Below, piece by piece: positions 45,453-59,200 of a stretch of 64,000 bases of DNA. Origin of the DNA: Naegleria gruberi (lineage: Eukaryota). The position numbers and the translations under genes are program-made. The notes under the pieces were generated by a model. That model saw nothing but the letters and a program-made list of their open reading frames with translations, was not told where the DNA came from and searched no databases. The first letter of the stretch is position 1. Every line of letters begins with the position of its first letter. The stretch lies in the NCBI GenBank assembly GCA_000004985.1, contig GG738911.1; one strand, 5' to 3'.

Positions 45453-46639
45453 TTACAACACCATGGCTTTTAGTTTATTCTCAAGACTTTGAGTCTTTAT
45501 GTTTTGATCTAATTGAGCTGATTTTTCAGTTTGAGAACGAATCTTGACGAGTTGATTTATCCAATTGTTATATTGTTGCCATTCAGATGCACTTGTTGGT
45601 GTATGTGTGCAATGCTTGGAAATGAATGGGTGTTCCAATAAATCAGAAACAGTGGCTCTTTGTTTTGGATCCTTTTGAAGGCAGAGAGCAATAAAATCAC
45701 AAACATCCTTTGAGTAGCCCATGTTTGTAGAGATGGATGGTGGTTCCTTCGTCTTGATTGTATTCAATAATTCCCAGAAAACTCCAATAGCTTCATCTTG
45801 TTCATCTCTGAATGGGAATTTACCTGTGACAGATTCCAAAACAATAATACCCAAAGCCCAGATATCACTAGCAAATGAATACTTTTTTCCTTCCAATCTT
45901 TCTGGACTGTTTACAATGTTAGAATATCAATAAAGAATTTCTAAAACTTACCTCATATAGGTAACAGTTCCAACAAATGATCCACATTCTGCACCTGTAT
46001 TATCAAGCTCAGCACTGACTCCAAAATCTGAAATCTTAAATTGTCCCTTAGTATTAAAAAGAATATTACCTGGCTTTAAATCTCTGTGTACCAAGTGACG
46101 TTCCTTGTGCAAGTACTTCAATCCCAAACATACTTGTTGTATAATTCTGGCCAAGAATTTCTCTTGAATTGGTCCTTGAACAGTCTTTATAATATCACTC
46201 AATGATCCTCCTTCCATGTACTCTAAAGCAATTTGAATATTTCCTTCCTGATAGAATGCACCGAAAAACCCAATCTTTTAGTTATTAATAATAAAATTGT
46301 TATTGAAATTCAGTATGGATGAAAACCTACCAGAAATTCTGATGAAGCGGTATACAGAGTTTGTAATTCGTTAATAATTGTCTTTCTCTTTTGATCATCA
46401 AAAACAGAAATGTATTTCAAAGCAAGGAACTGTCCCGATGCTTTATGAGAAACCAAATAAACATTGCCTGATGATCCCTTTCCGAGCATATGCAAAGTTT
46501 CCAAATCATTCAAAGACATATTCTTCCAACTCATATTAATTTTAAATTCTCCCTTAGTAAAACTACCCGATTGCGTAATATCGTAATCTCTTCTTGGAGC
46601 TTCACTCTCCGTATTCATATTCAACCTTAATCCTCGCAT
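45453..46639 (-). CDS. MAP kinase kinase (MEK/MAP2K), 3 exons
   Basis: complement(join(45453..45906,45952..46274,46331..46639)). GKGSSGNV, ALK, HRDLKPGNILF, DFGVSAELDNTGAECGSFVGTVTYMSPERL (activation-loop S/T) spanning a 45-nt intron; 56-nt GTAGGT..AAAAG intron 1. All phases verified. Confidence 0.85.
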
Positions 46640-47140
46640 TTTTTTTCTTCTTGTAAATTAATATGTGATGAATTGTTGTACAATAACTGTAGTTTTTTAA
46701 ATTCTTCAATTGGTGATGATTGTTGTTAACGTTGAAGTTAGGAGAGTTGGAAGTTCCCTCCTTTTTTATATTAAACGTATCTCTTTTTGCTATTGTATGA
46801 TAATATTTGTTGTGACGATTTATTGGTAACGGATTGAACTTTTAAAGTAATGAGATTCATTGTATTGTTCATCTTAATGCCAATTGATGGTGATATTAGA
46901 AGTGAAGGTGAGGAAATACAATTGATTCTTTACTTCCTTGTTAATCAATGTTGAAGCCATAACTCAATAGTTGGTCCAAAAATAATGATTATTTGTTTTT
47001 TCCTTCTTTTATCTAATTTTCATCTTTGGAATCTCCTTATCCACACTAATAACTTCTTCTTATCAGCCCCTCATCAACAAAACCAACTTCATATCATCAC
47101 ATCAATTAATTTATAAATAATTAATATATAATATAAAAAA

Positions 47141-48156
47141 ATGAGTACACCGTCATCTACTATCAGCGAATTACTTGCTCAACCTCTCGTTCTCACCGAT
47201 CAGGATGTTGTTTTAGTAACAGGAGGAACCGGTCTCTTTGGTAAAGCCGTTGACCATGTTGTTAAACAAGATAATTTGCCAGGAAGTTGGGTTTCTTGGG
47301 ATCAAAGGATGGTGATTTACGTGATTTGAGTGCTTGTAAAGCACTTTTTGAAAAGTACAAACCAACCTATGTTTTACATTTGGCTGCTTTTGTCGGAGGT
47401 CTTTTCAAGAATATGAATTTTAAAGTCAGTTTCTGGCTCGACAATGTGAATATGAATAATAATATTCTCTCATGTTGTTATGAATATGGAGTTAAAAAGA
47501 CCATCTCATGTTTATCTACTTGTGTCTTTCCAGACAAGATTGAATATCCAATTACTGAAGATAAACTCCATGAAGGTCCACCACACTTTTCCAATAATGC
47601 CTATGCCTATGCCAAGAGAATGTTGGACATGTTGAGTGTTTGGTATAATGAACAAGCTGTTCGTGAAGGAAAGGAAAGCAGATTCTCAAGTGTTATCCCA
47701 ACCAATCTCTATGGACCACACGATAATTTCAATGTTGAAAATGGTCACGTTTTGCCAGGTTTAATGCACAAGTGTTACAAGGCCCAAAAGGAAGGTTCCG
47801 ATTTTATTGTTTATGGTTCTGGTAAGCCATTGAGACAATTCTTATTTTCACATGATGCTGCTCGTATGTTATTGTGGACCATGTTGAATTATCAATCACA
47901 AGAACCAATCATGTTGTGTGTGAGTGAGGAAGATGAAAAGAGTATTGGACAAGTTGCTCAAAGTATCAAGGATGCTTTCAATTTTTCTGGAAATATGATT
48001 TTCGATACATCAAAGGCTGATGGTCAATTTAAGAAGACTGCCAGTAATGCCAAGATGTTACGTTTGAATCCAACCTTTAAATACACTCCATTTGATGAAG
48101 CCATCAAGACAACTGTACAATGGTTCTTGGATAATTATGAAACTGCTAGAAAATAA
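47141..48156 (+). CDS. GDP-L-fucose synthase (GDP-4-keto-6-deoxy-D-mannose 3,5-epimerase/4-reductase), frame broken by 1-nt shift near 47288-47300
   Basis: Near-colinear with TSTA3/GER1: LVTGGTGLFGKA...|...SKDGDLRDLSACKALFEKYKPTYVLHLAAFVGGLF...YAYAKRM...GQFKKTASN. N-terminal 62 codons lie in a different frame from the rest, switching inside gggtttcttggg. Confidence 0.8.
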
Positions 48157-48343
48157 AGAGTTCAGTAAATTTTGAATCATTCACAAGATAACAAGCAAGT
48201 GGCAATGAATCAGAAAATGAAAGAAGTGAAATGTTTGCGCCATCGAAACATCACATGTCATCCACTCATCAAATAAAAAAAAATCATCACCTAGGTTAAA
48301 GAAGTGATACACTTACACAACATCATCATCACAAACAACAACA

Positions 48344-51300
48344 ATGAAGGAAAGAATAATATCAAGACTTCACTTGGAACAATTCATCCAAGACGAAGTT
48401 TTATTCTATTCGATAGTTTTATTCGAAAAACAAGTTTATTATATTTGTGTCTGTGCTCACTTCATCTATTTATTTAAAGAATCCTTCACTAATTTACCAA
48501 TTCCAATTCTATTAGAACAAATTGAATGTATTGAAGTCTACACAGACCATGTATCCAAGTTTAGTATAGTAATTTCTGATAAAAATCAACTAAATCAAAA
48601 AGAAAAGACACTTCAACATTTAGTTTTAGAAGCCTCCAACAGGACACAACTCATCAAGGAATTACAAATTCACTACAAAACCAACAAGGTCCTAAAAAAG
48701 TGGCACTTTGATGGTCAATCAAATTATGACTTGAAAATTGTAAACAAAACTCTCATTCCGAAAAGCAATACTTCAAATATGGAAGTTGGAGAGGGTATTA
48801 TTAATAATCCATTTCAAAGTTTAAAACTCGACCGTTCTCACATTATTAATTTACAATCAAAAATTTTGAAAAAGTTTCCACTCACAGAAAAGAAGGCACG
48901 TGTTGAAAAATTATTTAATGGATATTGGTTTATTATAAATGATAATAATCTGGTGAGAAAACCAATTCCTTCATTGGGTGAATATAAGAGTAAACCCTAT
49001 TATGAAGTTGTTTATGAAAAGAAAAAAGAGGATCAAACTCTATTGGCTGATAAATTGGTTGTAAAGATTATTCCAATAAGAAATTCAAATGCTCCTAGAA
49101 CAAATATTAGAACTTTTGCACAAAAGATGATTTCCAATAACATGCTATCATCATGTTCAGATTTTGACATTATTCAGGATGAAGAATTTGCAAAGGAACG
49201 TTCCATTTACAAGTTTGATAAGACCATTACAGAGGCCTATCAAATCAAATCAAAATATTATTACTTCCCTAATGTATTTTCCAATAACAGCAAGAAACAA
49301 AAGAATAATTCAGTACCTGAAAATGGATTGACCTATTTGGAAAAAATTGAATTGCTTTCATTGAGTGATCCAAATGCATCAATTATTCCACATTATAGAA
49401 TCAAGCATGTCATTGTTTGTAGAAGGAGATTTATTCCTCCATATGCCACTCACTATCAAGATATTGTTTTTGAATATGACTATGCTGAACAGGATACACA
49501 AGAAAAGAATGAGATGCAAACAGAATTTTTGAATTTGTGTGCACAATCATTGAATCCTCTCCCTCAATGTTTCTTGTATGATCAATTGACTATTAGAACC
49601 AAGTTGGAGTCATTATCTTGTGATGAAGATTTTTATTATTGGGTAAATTTAAAGTTTGGATTGAAACCTGAATTATATCCTCTCAAGTGGAGTCAGGAAG
49701 TTACAGAGGAAACTCGTGTCGAGTCATTTGTTAAATCAGTTTCCAATATTATTGATATCATTGTCAATTCGGCTGAACATCAAGTTTCTGATCCATTTGC
49801 TATTGAACATGATATTGTCTATAATGTTGACAGTCCTGATACTGTAAAAACTCCATCCATTCAACATATCATTCAATGGAGAACAAAAGTTTCATTCTAT
49901 TTGGGTTATTATATTGATGAGGTTGAAACTTCCAGTTTTGAAAAGATTATCAAATCACTTCTCATTCTCAAACAAAAAGGTGAAATTTCCGATAAGAAGC
50001 TTCTCCAATATAGACGTACACTCATTCTCATTTTGGATTACTTCCTTCATTTGAGAATTGTCAATAGAGAATATGATTTTGAAAAGACAATTGATGAGAA
50101 AATTGAGGAAATTGAGCAAAAAACTGATGAAATGCACTATAGCTACTTTGATATGAATCAAATGAACTTGGCTGTTCAAAATCAAATGAATGCCACATCC
50201 GCATCCGGCTCCTCAAATCCTGGTGGTTTGACTCAATTCAATGATGATGTACTCTATGATGAAACTGTGGAAAAACATGTTCAACAACTCAAGAATAACC
50301 AACTTTCCAAACAATTACAATTGATCATGTACAGACAAATGTTGATTGGTGGAAAGAATCATTTGGAAAATGGAGGAAGTGCCTCCTCAATGGCTTCCAA
50401 TCACACCAGTAGAACTGTATGCAACATGAATGCAAACATCTTCCTCAAATTGATGAAGTTGAATTATTTCATTGGTGTTTTGGGCATGACCCCTCTCTCG
50501 TAAGTATTTTTAACCCGTTTGAATGTTACTAATAATTTCCAGATTTGTAAAATTACTCTCAAATGCTATCCACATTAGCTCCATGTATCATTATGAGACC
50601 ATTTATGAAATTTGTTATGAAATTTCACAATGGTTGAACAAATGCAGTCAAACATCAAAGGTTTCTGCTACATCCACATCTGCTTCATCTACTAACAATG
50701 ATGATACTGACTCTACATGCAGCACAGATGAAGACACTCCAGAGTCGAGAGGTGTTTTAATCCAAATTAGAGATACATTATGTTCCTACACTCCATTCCT
50801 TCACAGTTTATGTTCCTTGCTCCAATATGATGATGATGGATTATTGGCCATTGTTGCCAACATTTTGGAAAAATTGACATACTTTTCAGAGAATGTTAGA
50901 AAGTGGTTTACATCCAATGATTATTTGCAATTCCTTGTTGATCATATTGAAGCATTCAACTCTAGAACACAACCAAACTTGGCCTCTTCATTCTTGAGAA
51001 TATTGAGAAATTGTTGCAATACTACTGATAAGAGATCAGTCATAACTAAGGATGGTGAAATTGTTCCACTAGTTGTTAGACACATCCTTCCAAACATACT
51101 CACATCTCTAGTGGCTGAATCTATTTCACTCTCTCAACATACAGATGAGCATGTCAAGCTTCCATTCGAGAGTCCACATCGTGAAGATTTGTTAAAATCA
51201 GCATTGGATGCATTATTAATTATTGTTCAATCATCATCAGATAATGAAATTGGAGGTGAAGATGAAGATGAGTTGATGAGTGAATTGATTGTGAATGAAA

Positions 51301-52100
51301 CATCCATCCATACATTAATAGAATTATTGGGACATGTTGTACGTCGCATGATGAGTCAACAAAACACCAACATGCATGTGAAAATCCCATCTTATTTCAC
51401 AACATTATTGAGCATTCTCCTATCCCTCTCATCACATGAGTACTTTAGAGGAGTGGCCATCTCTATAGTATTGAGCACATCAAGTGGAAGTGTGATTAGA
51501 GGTCTCTCTCGAGGAATTGCCAATAGCCACACATTAATTACTCTCCTTGTTCAAATTGTGAATATTGTCCAGCCAATGATTGGACATTCACCACTCAGCA
51601 TTACTAATGGATCACATACTCCTCTAAGATTGAGAAGAGATGCCCTTACCAGCACTCCAACCACTCCACATGCATCTGGTTCTCCAACCACACCAAATAA
51701 TGGTACAACAAATTCCCATACTACAACCACTCCTCTAAATGGCAACATTCAAGCAAATGAAAACATGGTACAGATTAGGTTCATCCTAACACTCGTACTC
51801 AGTACATTACTCATGCTGTCATCCAATTCAAAGGCACTTCAAGAGATGAAGGAGAACATGTTGGAATTGCTCATCAAGGAAGTGGAAGGTAAAACATCTC
51901 AACTCATTTTACCAAATGAAAGTGAAGACAACTTGACCAGTACTCCATCTACCTCTCATAACATCAAGGTCATTACATCAGTATTGAGTCATCTTCAGAA
52001 CAGATTAAAGAGTGGACCAGCTGGTGGTCGTAGTCAAACCATGCCACCTTCATCTCCATCCAATACCATGAACTCATTCCTCAGAAGAAAACTCCTCTAA
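48344..52100 (+). CDS. large hypothetical protein (about 1245 aa), 2 exons
   Basis: join(48344..50499,50543..52100). 43-nt GTAAGT..TTCCAG intron joins the ORFs in frame (..GMTPLS|FVKLLSN..); S/T-rich C-terminal third; no recognisable domain. Confidence 0.6.
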
Positions 52101-53093
52101 GCTACTACTAGTCTTCTCCGCCACCATTAACATACACATGTGTAAGGATGTGTATGTAGGAATGAATGTCTTGAATTCACACATTTATGAATGTAAATGT
52201 GCTCATGTGGATTTTTTTGGTGTGTGTGTTAAAAAATTATTTTGAATCAAGACCAGACCTGATGGTGGTGAGTTGGTGAACTAGGCAGTTTATGCGAAGG
52301 GTCACAAGTAAATAAAATCCTTATTAGTGTCAATTACGATCCGAATTCAAAGTCCTTATTTGAATTCCACATAAGGCTTGAATCCGCTTTAATAGTCCAC
52401 CGATTAAGGAAAATAAATAACCATGCTTATTGCTGAATGAGCAAAATTGATTGAAGGTTGGCAAGATGCAACAATATTTGAAGGTGTGAAAGACCAAAAG
52501 AGAATGTTCATTATTGCTTTCAGGATCTACTCGTAAATTTCACAATGTTAAAGAGCTTGATGAACCCTATTTCTAGGTTGTATTGTAGTATACAATATGC
52601 CTGTATCATTCAATTGGGGCTTATAGTATTCATTACAAACAACAAAGCCTGTGGAGTCAACCAATCTGCAGAATTTGTTAAGAAATAACAATCTTGAAGA
52701 TGAATGAAAATTGAAGAAATTGGATGGAAGTATTGAAAAACAAATTGTGCTCTTGCTATTTCTGCGAAAAGAAGGAATTGTCTATCCAGATTCAAATTTT
52801 GACTTTGTTTTCTCTTGTTTCTATTTCTAATTCTCTGCCCGACCTTCCTTCTCGAAAGCGCCAAGATTCCAATTGACCATTTTATGATTGAAACAAACAT
52901 ATGGAATGGAATGTTCCTACCCAATTAGTATCCCATCAACTCAAAATTCTCTTCCATTTCCCATCAAAACTTGTCGTTATTATGTATATTAAAGAATCAT
53001 TGTCATCCTCTCTCTTTTAAAGTTTTCGGCACCACAATTTTTTTCAGATTTAAAAAAAATACGAAAAACTCAAAATTTGTTGTGGATGGAAAA

Positions 53094-54820
53094 ATGTTCA
53101 ACGATAACAATAACAATCATTTGGAGTCGTCATCGTTTGAGGCTGCTGCTGTAGAGTTTTCTCCTAGTCTAGGATTTCCACCCTCTCTGTTGTCATTACT
53201 CTCATCATCGATGAGTAATCCGATGGCTGAGGAGGATGTTTTGCAATTATTTGCCCAATCAGAGGATGTTACTTCAGAGACAACATCTTCGGAGGAAAAT
53301 TTTGGACAAAGCTATGAAGAAAAACCAGAGGAAAAGGATGAGGATTTACATCCAATTGCCTGTATAAGATGTAGAAAGATGCATAAATTTTGTAGTATGT
53401 ATTTTGCATCTATTAATCATCTTTAACATGTTATGATGTTAATCATCTTACTAATTCTGATATTTAATTATTAGGCCGTCACAAAACTGGTTGTGAAAGA
53501 TGTAAAGCCAAAGGAATTGTTTGTGAATTTAGAGAATCAAAGAGAGTGAGAGGTTCTTCTGATAATTTGGAAGATAAAAAGAGAAAGAAACCTAATTCAC
53601 CATCTGAAACAGAATCTGGACAAAGTGATGAGTCTGAACTCTTTGTTGCACCAGATGCCTCATTAACAAAATCATTTCCAAAGCACTTTTCAAAACCATT
53701 AGCTATCAATTGTTATTATTGGATGATTTGTGACATTAATGTTATTGTGGAAAAGAAGGAAATGGAAAAGTACATTCTTCACAACTTTGGAACTGATACT
53801 ATCACCAAGAAGGAAATGGAAGCATTCTTCTATAGTGCCAAAGCTCTAGTGGAACAATTTGTTGGATTGTGTGATATTGCTGAAGAGTCTGCTCAAAAAT
53901 CAAAGAAAAAGTTGGCTCTTCTCATTGACCAAGAACCAACTCACCTCATTGCTAGTACCTACTATAATCTGGCACTTTATGAGATTGGAACTGGAAGGAA
54001 AATATCTAGTTATTATCTTCATTGTGCCAAGTTTAGATATATGAATAAGACAGCATTGGAAGTTTCGAATATGAATGATTGTGAAATCATGTTACAAAGG
54101 TCTATTGGATTCCTTGAGCATTTGGTTATTGATGAGCAGGATGTCACTCAGATGACTAAGAGTTTCCCAGCATTATTTCAACATGCTTCTGGTCAATCTC
54201 TACCTGATTCTATTGCCCTTTCACTACAAGAGGAGGTGACACAAGAAAATTGTTTCAATTTCATCAAGTTAGGAGAAGAAATGGCAAAACTAATCATTAC
54301 CTCCACCAAGAATAGAGCTTGCAAACAAAAGACTGAAAAACAAATGGTAACCTACGACAAGGCACTGAACTTTTTACAAAATATCTTCTGTTATGGAGTT
54401 CGTATCGGTATTCTTGTAAAGGCAAGATGCAATATCAACATGATTGAAGAATCGAGTCTCAAAATTACCTACCTCACTATGAATGAGTTCTTTGGAGTTG
54501 CCTCTGTATTCATGATTCCATTCTTTGCTTTGGCAGCAAGAGTTCACTTGCAAATAGTGAAATCCATAGAGGATGGTACGAGAAATAATTTTGAAATGGG
54601 TATTGGACCAGATGACAAGCCTGTTCAAATTGATTACTATGACATTTTAGCAAAGGATTACAGAGCATTGAATGTGTTGGGACGTAGATTTAAAAGAATT
54701 CAAGTTTGTAACCAAAAACTCCTCTCTACCATTGCAGAAATTCTCAACAATAGAAACAAGAATGATGCCAATGTTTCCAATCATTTACAGGAATTTTTAG
54801 ACTCAACTGTGTGGAAATAA
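53094..54820 (+). CDS. Zn(II)2Cys6 (Gal4-type) binuclear-cluster transcription factor, 2 exons
   Basis: join(53094..53394,53475..54820). The 80-nt GTATGT..TTATTAG intron sits inside the cluster. Spliced product is CIRCRKMHKFCSRHKTGCERCKAKGIVC, i.e. C-x2-C-x6-C-x6-C-x2-C-x6-C, followed by a basic linker. Confidence 0.7.
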
Positions 54821-56251
54821 TATATGAGCATTCATAGAGGAAGAGTAATTGGATCAATAATGATCAATAGTTCATAGCAAGATAGTATCATTGAACACGC
54901 ACACAGTGTTATTATTATAACACACCAGACTGAGTCTTAATAAACGTACCTTAATGTGAGCTTGAAATTACGACATTCCTTTACTCGAATTGGATAGGAC
55001 CTTTCCTGATATGATAAAAATTTTTATCTCTTGGACCTAGGCCTTAATAAGTACCCATAATCTATTCGCAGATTTTCTATTAACTGGGTCAGTTAGAATG
55101 CAACAATCATCAAGATGTATTTTTCTTCTCCTTAATAGGTAAATCAACGAGGAATCTTCTTCCTCAATCAGCAACCAAAATTATCAAAAACAAACAAGAC
55201 ACTCTTTTAACATTCAATCCAACAATCATTCCTCATAGTTTTCTAGTTTCTTTCTTATTATGAAGCGTATTAAACCGCATTAATATGTTAAATTCCAAAG
55301 CTCTAATAAGGTATTGCAAAGCTCCACTTGTTTACTTCCATACCAGTAAGGAATGAGCTAAATTGCAGACCTTAAACAACGAGCAATTGATCAACTCAAT
55401 GAGTGCGTGGGCGATACCATAAATCTTCTAAATAAGCAAAAGCTGTAAAGAACCGTAGCTTCTTTCTCTTAATTCAGAATCCTGTTGCTTTACATATCAG
55501 GCTTTGACAGATTGTGATGGTTGATACCTTACATTCAACACAAACAACAAGGCACAAACAATTCATATTGTTGTGTATTATTGGTAAACATAGTATGGGC
55601 CACAACACCTATCCAGGACAATTTGAAAAAAACACCCAAGACTAATAGATAAAAGCATCATCTTCATCATTGAGGAGGAGTAATTCATTTCCCTGCTGTG
55701 CGTCATATCAAAATTCATCAAAGAAGTTTGTGCTACTCAAGTGTGAAAAGCAGTTCTTGCCCAATTGAGACTCTATCATCAAATATCTACCCCAAAATTT
55801 AAAAAGCATTCTAGAGGTATCACTAGCCTTATTCATATAATTAATAGCTTCAATTGGTCCACCATTTAAGCGATATTGGCTTGTCTCATTCCTATATGAT
55901 TGTGTGCCTCTTCTCAATTACTACAACTTCAGATCACCATCAACATCATCATTCAATATAATTACAAGTCTTTACTGTAGTACAGTACACGCACACACAA
56001 GTTCTTGTTTCTATTCAAAATTTGCTTTCTCTTCCAAATCAACCCAACCTTACCAACAACAACAAGAGCAAAACTGTCTTGAGAGAAATTAATTGATAAT
56101 TCCCTTGCTGAAAAAAATATCCCCTCATCCTCCTCACTCTCCCAATCCAACGAAAAAAATTGTTGGGCGCCAAAATTTGAAAGCCTTTTCATTCATATTT
56201 GACCAACAAACGGCAAGTCTACAATTTCCATATTTATAATCAAATCCATAA

Positions 56252-59200
56252 ATGAACAGTCAGCAGATCCAAAAACCACAACCAATAAGGACCATCAACA
56301 ACAACAATAACACAAACAGCTCCACCAAAGGAGGGAGCTCTTTAAAATTTGTGGTTCCAAACAACCAGAACAACACTTCAACTATTGAGAACCAGTCCAC
56401 TAACAACATTTCTTCTGAAATACAGGGCTGCAGAAGTGGTGTGAATGGACATGGATGCAGAATGAACAATCCACCGTCCTCCCCTTCATCGTATGTTTCT
56501 TATGATACCAAAACACCATCATCATGTACGGTACATGTAACGTACTTGAATGCAACCTCTCCTTCATCACCCAATAACACAAATAACACATGTGTTGCAA
56601 CTACAACAACAATACAGAATACGAATGCTTCTAATGGCAGCACCGAATCATCATTTAAAAGATTCCCAATTTCTCAATCTCCCTCCGTTATTGATCCTGC
56701 AGTCACCATGCAAGATCACTATTTCCATACGACAATCAAGACTGAAAATGCACAATTTAAGAATAAGTGTCCTTCTGTTTCCCCTAATAATACTACACCT
56801 TCCACTACTCCAAATTCTTATTCTAATACCTTTCAAGATTCTTCTGTAAATCCCCCAAATGACAGCAAGCCAATAGCGACCAGTCAACTATCACATCCTT
56901 ACAATACCTCATACCATAATAATAGTAACCAATCCAGTCTTAACTCTCCATTTGAAACAACAACCCATGTTGAGTATCCGACCATGCAACATTTACCAAC
57001 CTTGTGTTCTATTAACCCTACACAAACAACACCAATATCAAGCAATTCCCAACAAGCACAAACAACACAGTCCTCTCATCTTCACGTTAATCATCAACAA
57101 CAAACACAACAAAAACAAATACCACCCAATAGTTATGCAGCACGCCTATTTTCCATGAATAACAATAATATTCATCATCATCATCAACATCATCACTCAA
57201 CAACAATTAATCCGAATAATATTATTAACAATAGTCAAAGTTCTCCGAATAGTAGTAGTGGTGGTGGTCAACTAATCACTTCAATGAATAATAATTCAAA
57301 TATAACCATGAATAGTCATCATCAACAACAACAACCACAAATAATGAAGAGTGATTTGGGAATGAATAATAACACATGTGGTAATTCATCGAATAATAAT
57401 AGTACGACTGCTTCCATGTCATCTTTACCCACTCCCCAACCCATTCCTATAATGAATAACAACAAGGGAACAACAACAATTAATCATCAACATGATAATT
57501 CCATGTTGCCAAGTCCTATAATGATGACAACCAGTTCCTTTCCTCAGTACAATTCCATGCCGATGAATGTAGTGGCAAATAATTCTACACACCAAATAAT
57601 CACAACAACTGTTAGTGCTACTACATGTGGAGAACGGCATGGTGATAACTCGCCCACAACATGTGGTCACCATGTACAATTATCATCATTATCCAATATT
57701 AATCCATCCAATTCCTCCTCTTCACTGTCATCGAGTATTTCCAGTGGCCATGTGAAAAGTAATACTACACCAAACAATATATTAGAATCCACCCCTTCCT
57801 CACATCAACAACAACAGCAGCAACATGATGGATACAGTAGCACCACAAGTAGCAGTAGCATGTCATTGAAAGCATGCTCTTCGTCGTCAATTCAACAACA
57901 AAATGATGACTTGTCAATTTCCAGCCAACAACCAGAAAGAAAAAAGAAGCGAGTCAACCCACCTCCACCAATAATGAATAGTACAACCGGTCACCATCTG
58001 CCTCCATTTATTCCCATTCAACCACATCCTTCTCTCACACCAACCCATAGAAATCCTCCATCTCCAAACATGCATTCACAGTACCAACAGTTTGCAAAGA
58101 TTGTTCCTTTTGGTGGCATGTCTCAAATGCCAAATGTCGTTGGTCAACCACAACCACCTCCACATGGCATGCCAGTTCCTTTCTATCATAGCTTCACACC
58201 ATTTCCAACACCGATCACACCAACAGGAATTCCTCCAAGAATGTCAAATAGTAATATCATGAATGCAACACCATCTCCAACAACTCCAGTTCCTCTTGCT
58301 TCCTCTCCACAAGGAGATGCAATTTCCTCATCGTCCAGTAATTCAGATGACAGTTCAAGTAATACTCCAACCAATAGCCAACAGCAAAGTGCATCAGCTT
58401 TTCCTACCTCTACTCCTTCTTCACACTACTCGTATGAGATTGTCATTCCAGGAGATTCATGCTCCACAATTATTAAATTGAATGTTGGGTTAACTCTTGA
58501 TAAATTTCATGATATCAGAATGAAAAAGACAATATTTGAAGCTTTCATTGAAAATCAGAAAACTGTCAATGATGGAAGGTCTGGAATTTCAAATGAAACT
58601 CAAAAGATTAGTACTTGGAGGTTGAAACAAGTAGAAATTATTAAGAATATTTGCTTTTTCAGATTTAAATTGTTGGATGATGGAAAACCAGAATCTCCCA
58701 CTGTTGAATTGGACAAAAATGGTTATGAAATTAATGGAAATGCTTTGGCAAAAGTTTGTGAAAGTGGTCCAAGTAGATTGGCTTTTTCACTCGATTCCTA
58801 TGGTAAAAGAGTTTCCAAGAGATTACACAAAGAAAAGCTCGTCACTTGTCCATTTTTGATCACGTTGACAAATGGTACAAAAGATTTTGTAAAGTGTGTT
58901 TGTGTCCATTTGTGTATTAATAAGAGACAAAAGAAAACAGTAATCACTAGAGCAGATTTTGACACGTTACTGCGAGATAAGAGTTATATGGTTTCTCTCA
59001 TTTCTATATACGCAAGTTCAACAAAGAAAAAACCACTTGACGAGGAGTCATTGTCTTCTGATGAGGATGAACAACCACTCAAAATATTAAAAAGGGATCC
59101 CTCTGGCAGTGCTCACACAGAGTTGAGACTTAAACATGGACCTGGCTATATGGTTTCAATTAATAATGTTACCTTGAGATATCCATTTGCAGGTGTTGAT

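Noticed and set aside
53094-54820. Assigning the contig to Fungi because of the Zn2Cys6 factor
   Set aside because: DDRGK1 (UFM1 pathway, absent from fungi per established knowledge), protist-type alpha-tubulin core and NHL receptor kinases argue against it. Kept as a lineage puzzle instead.
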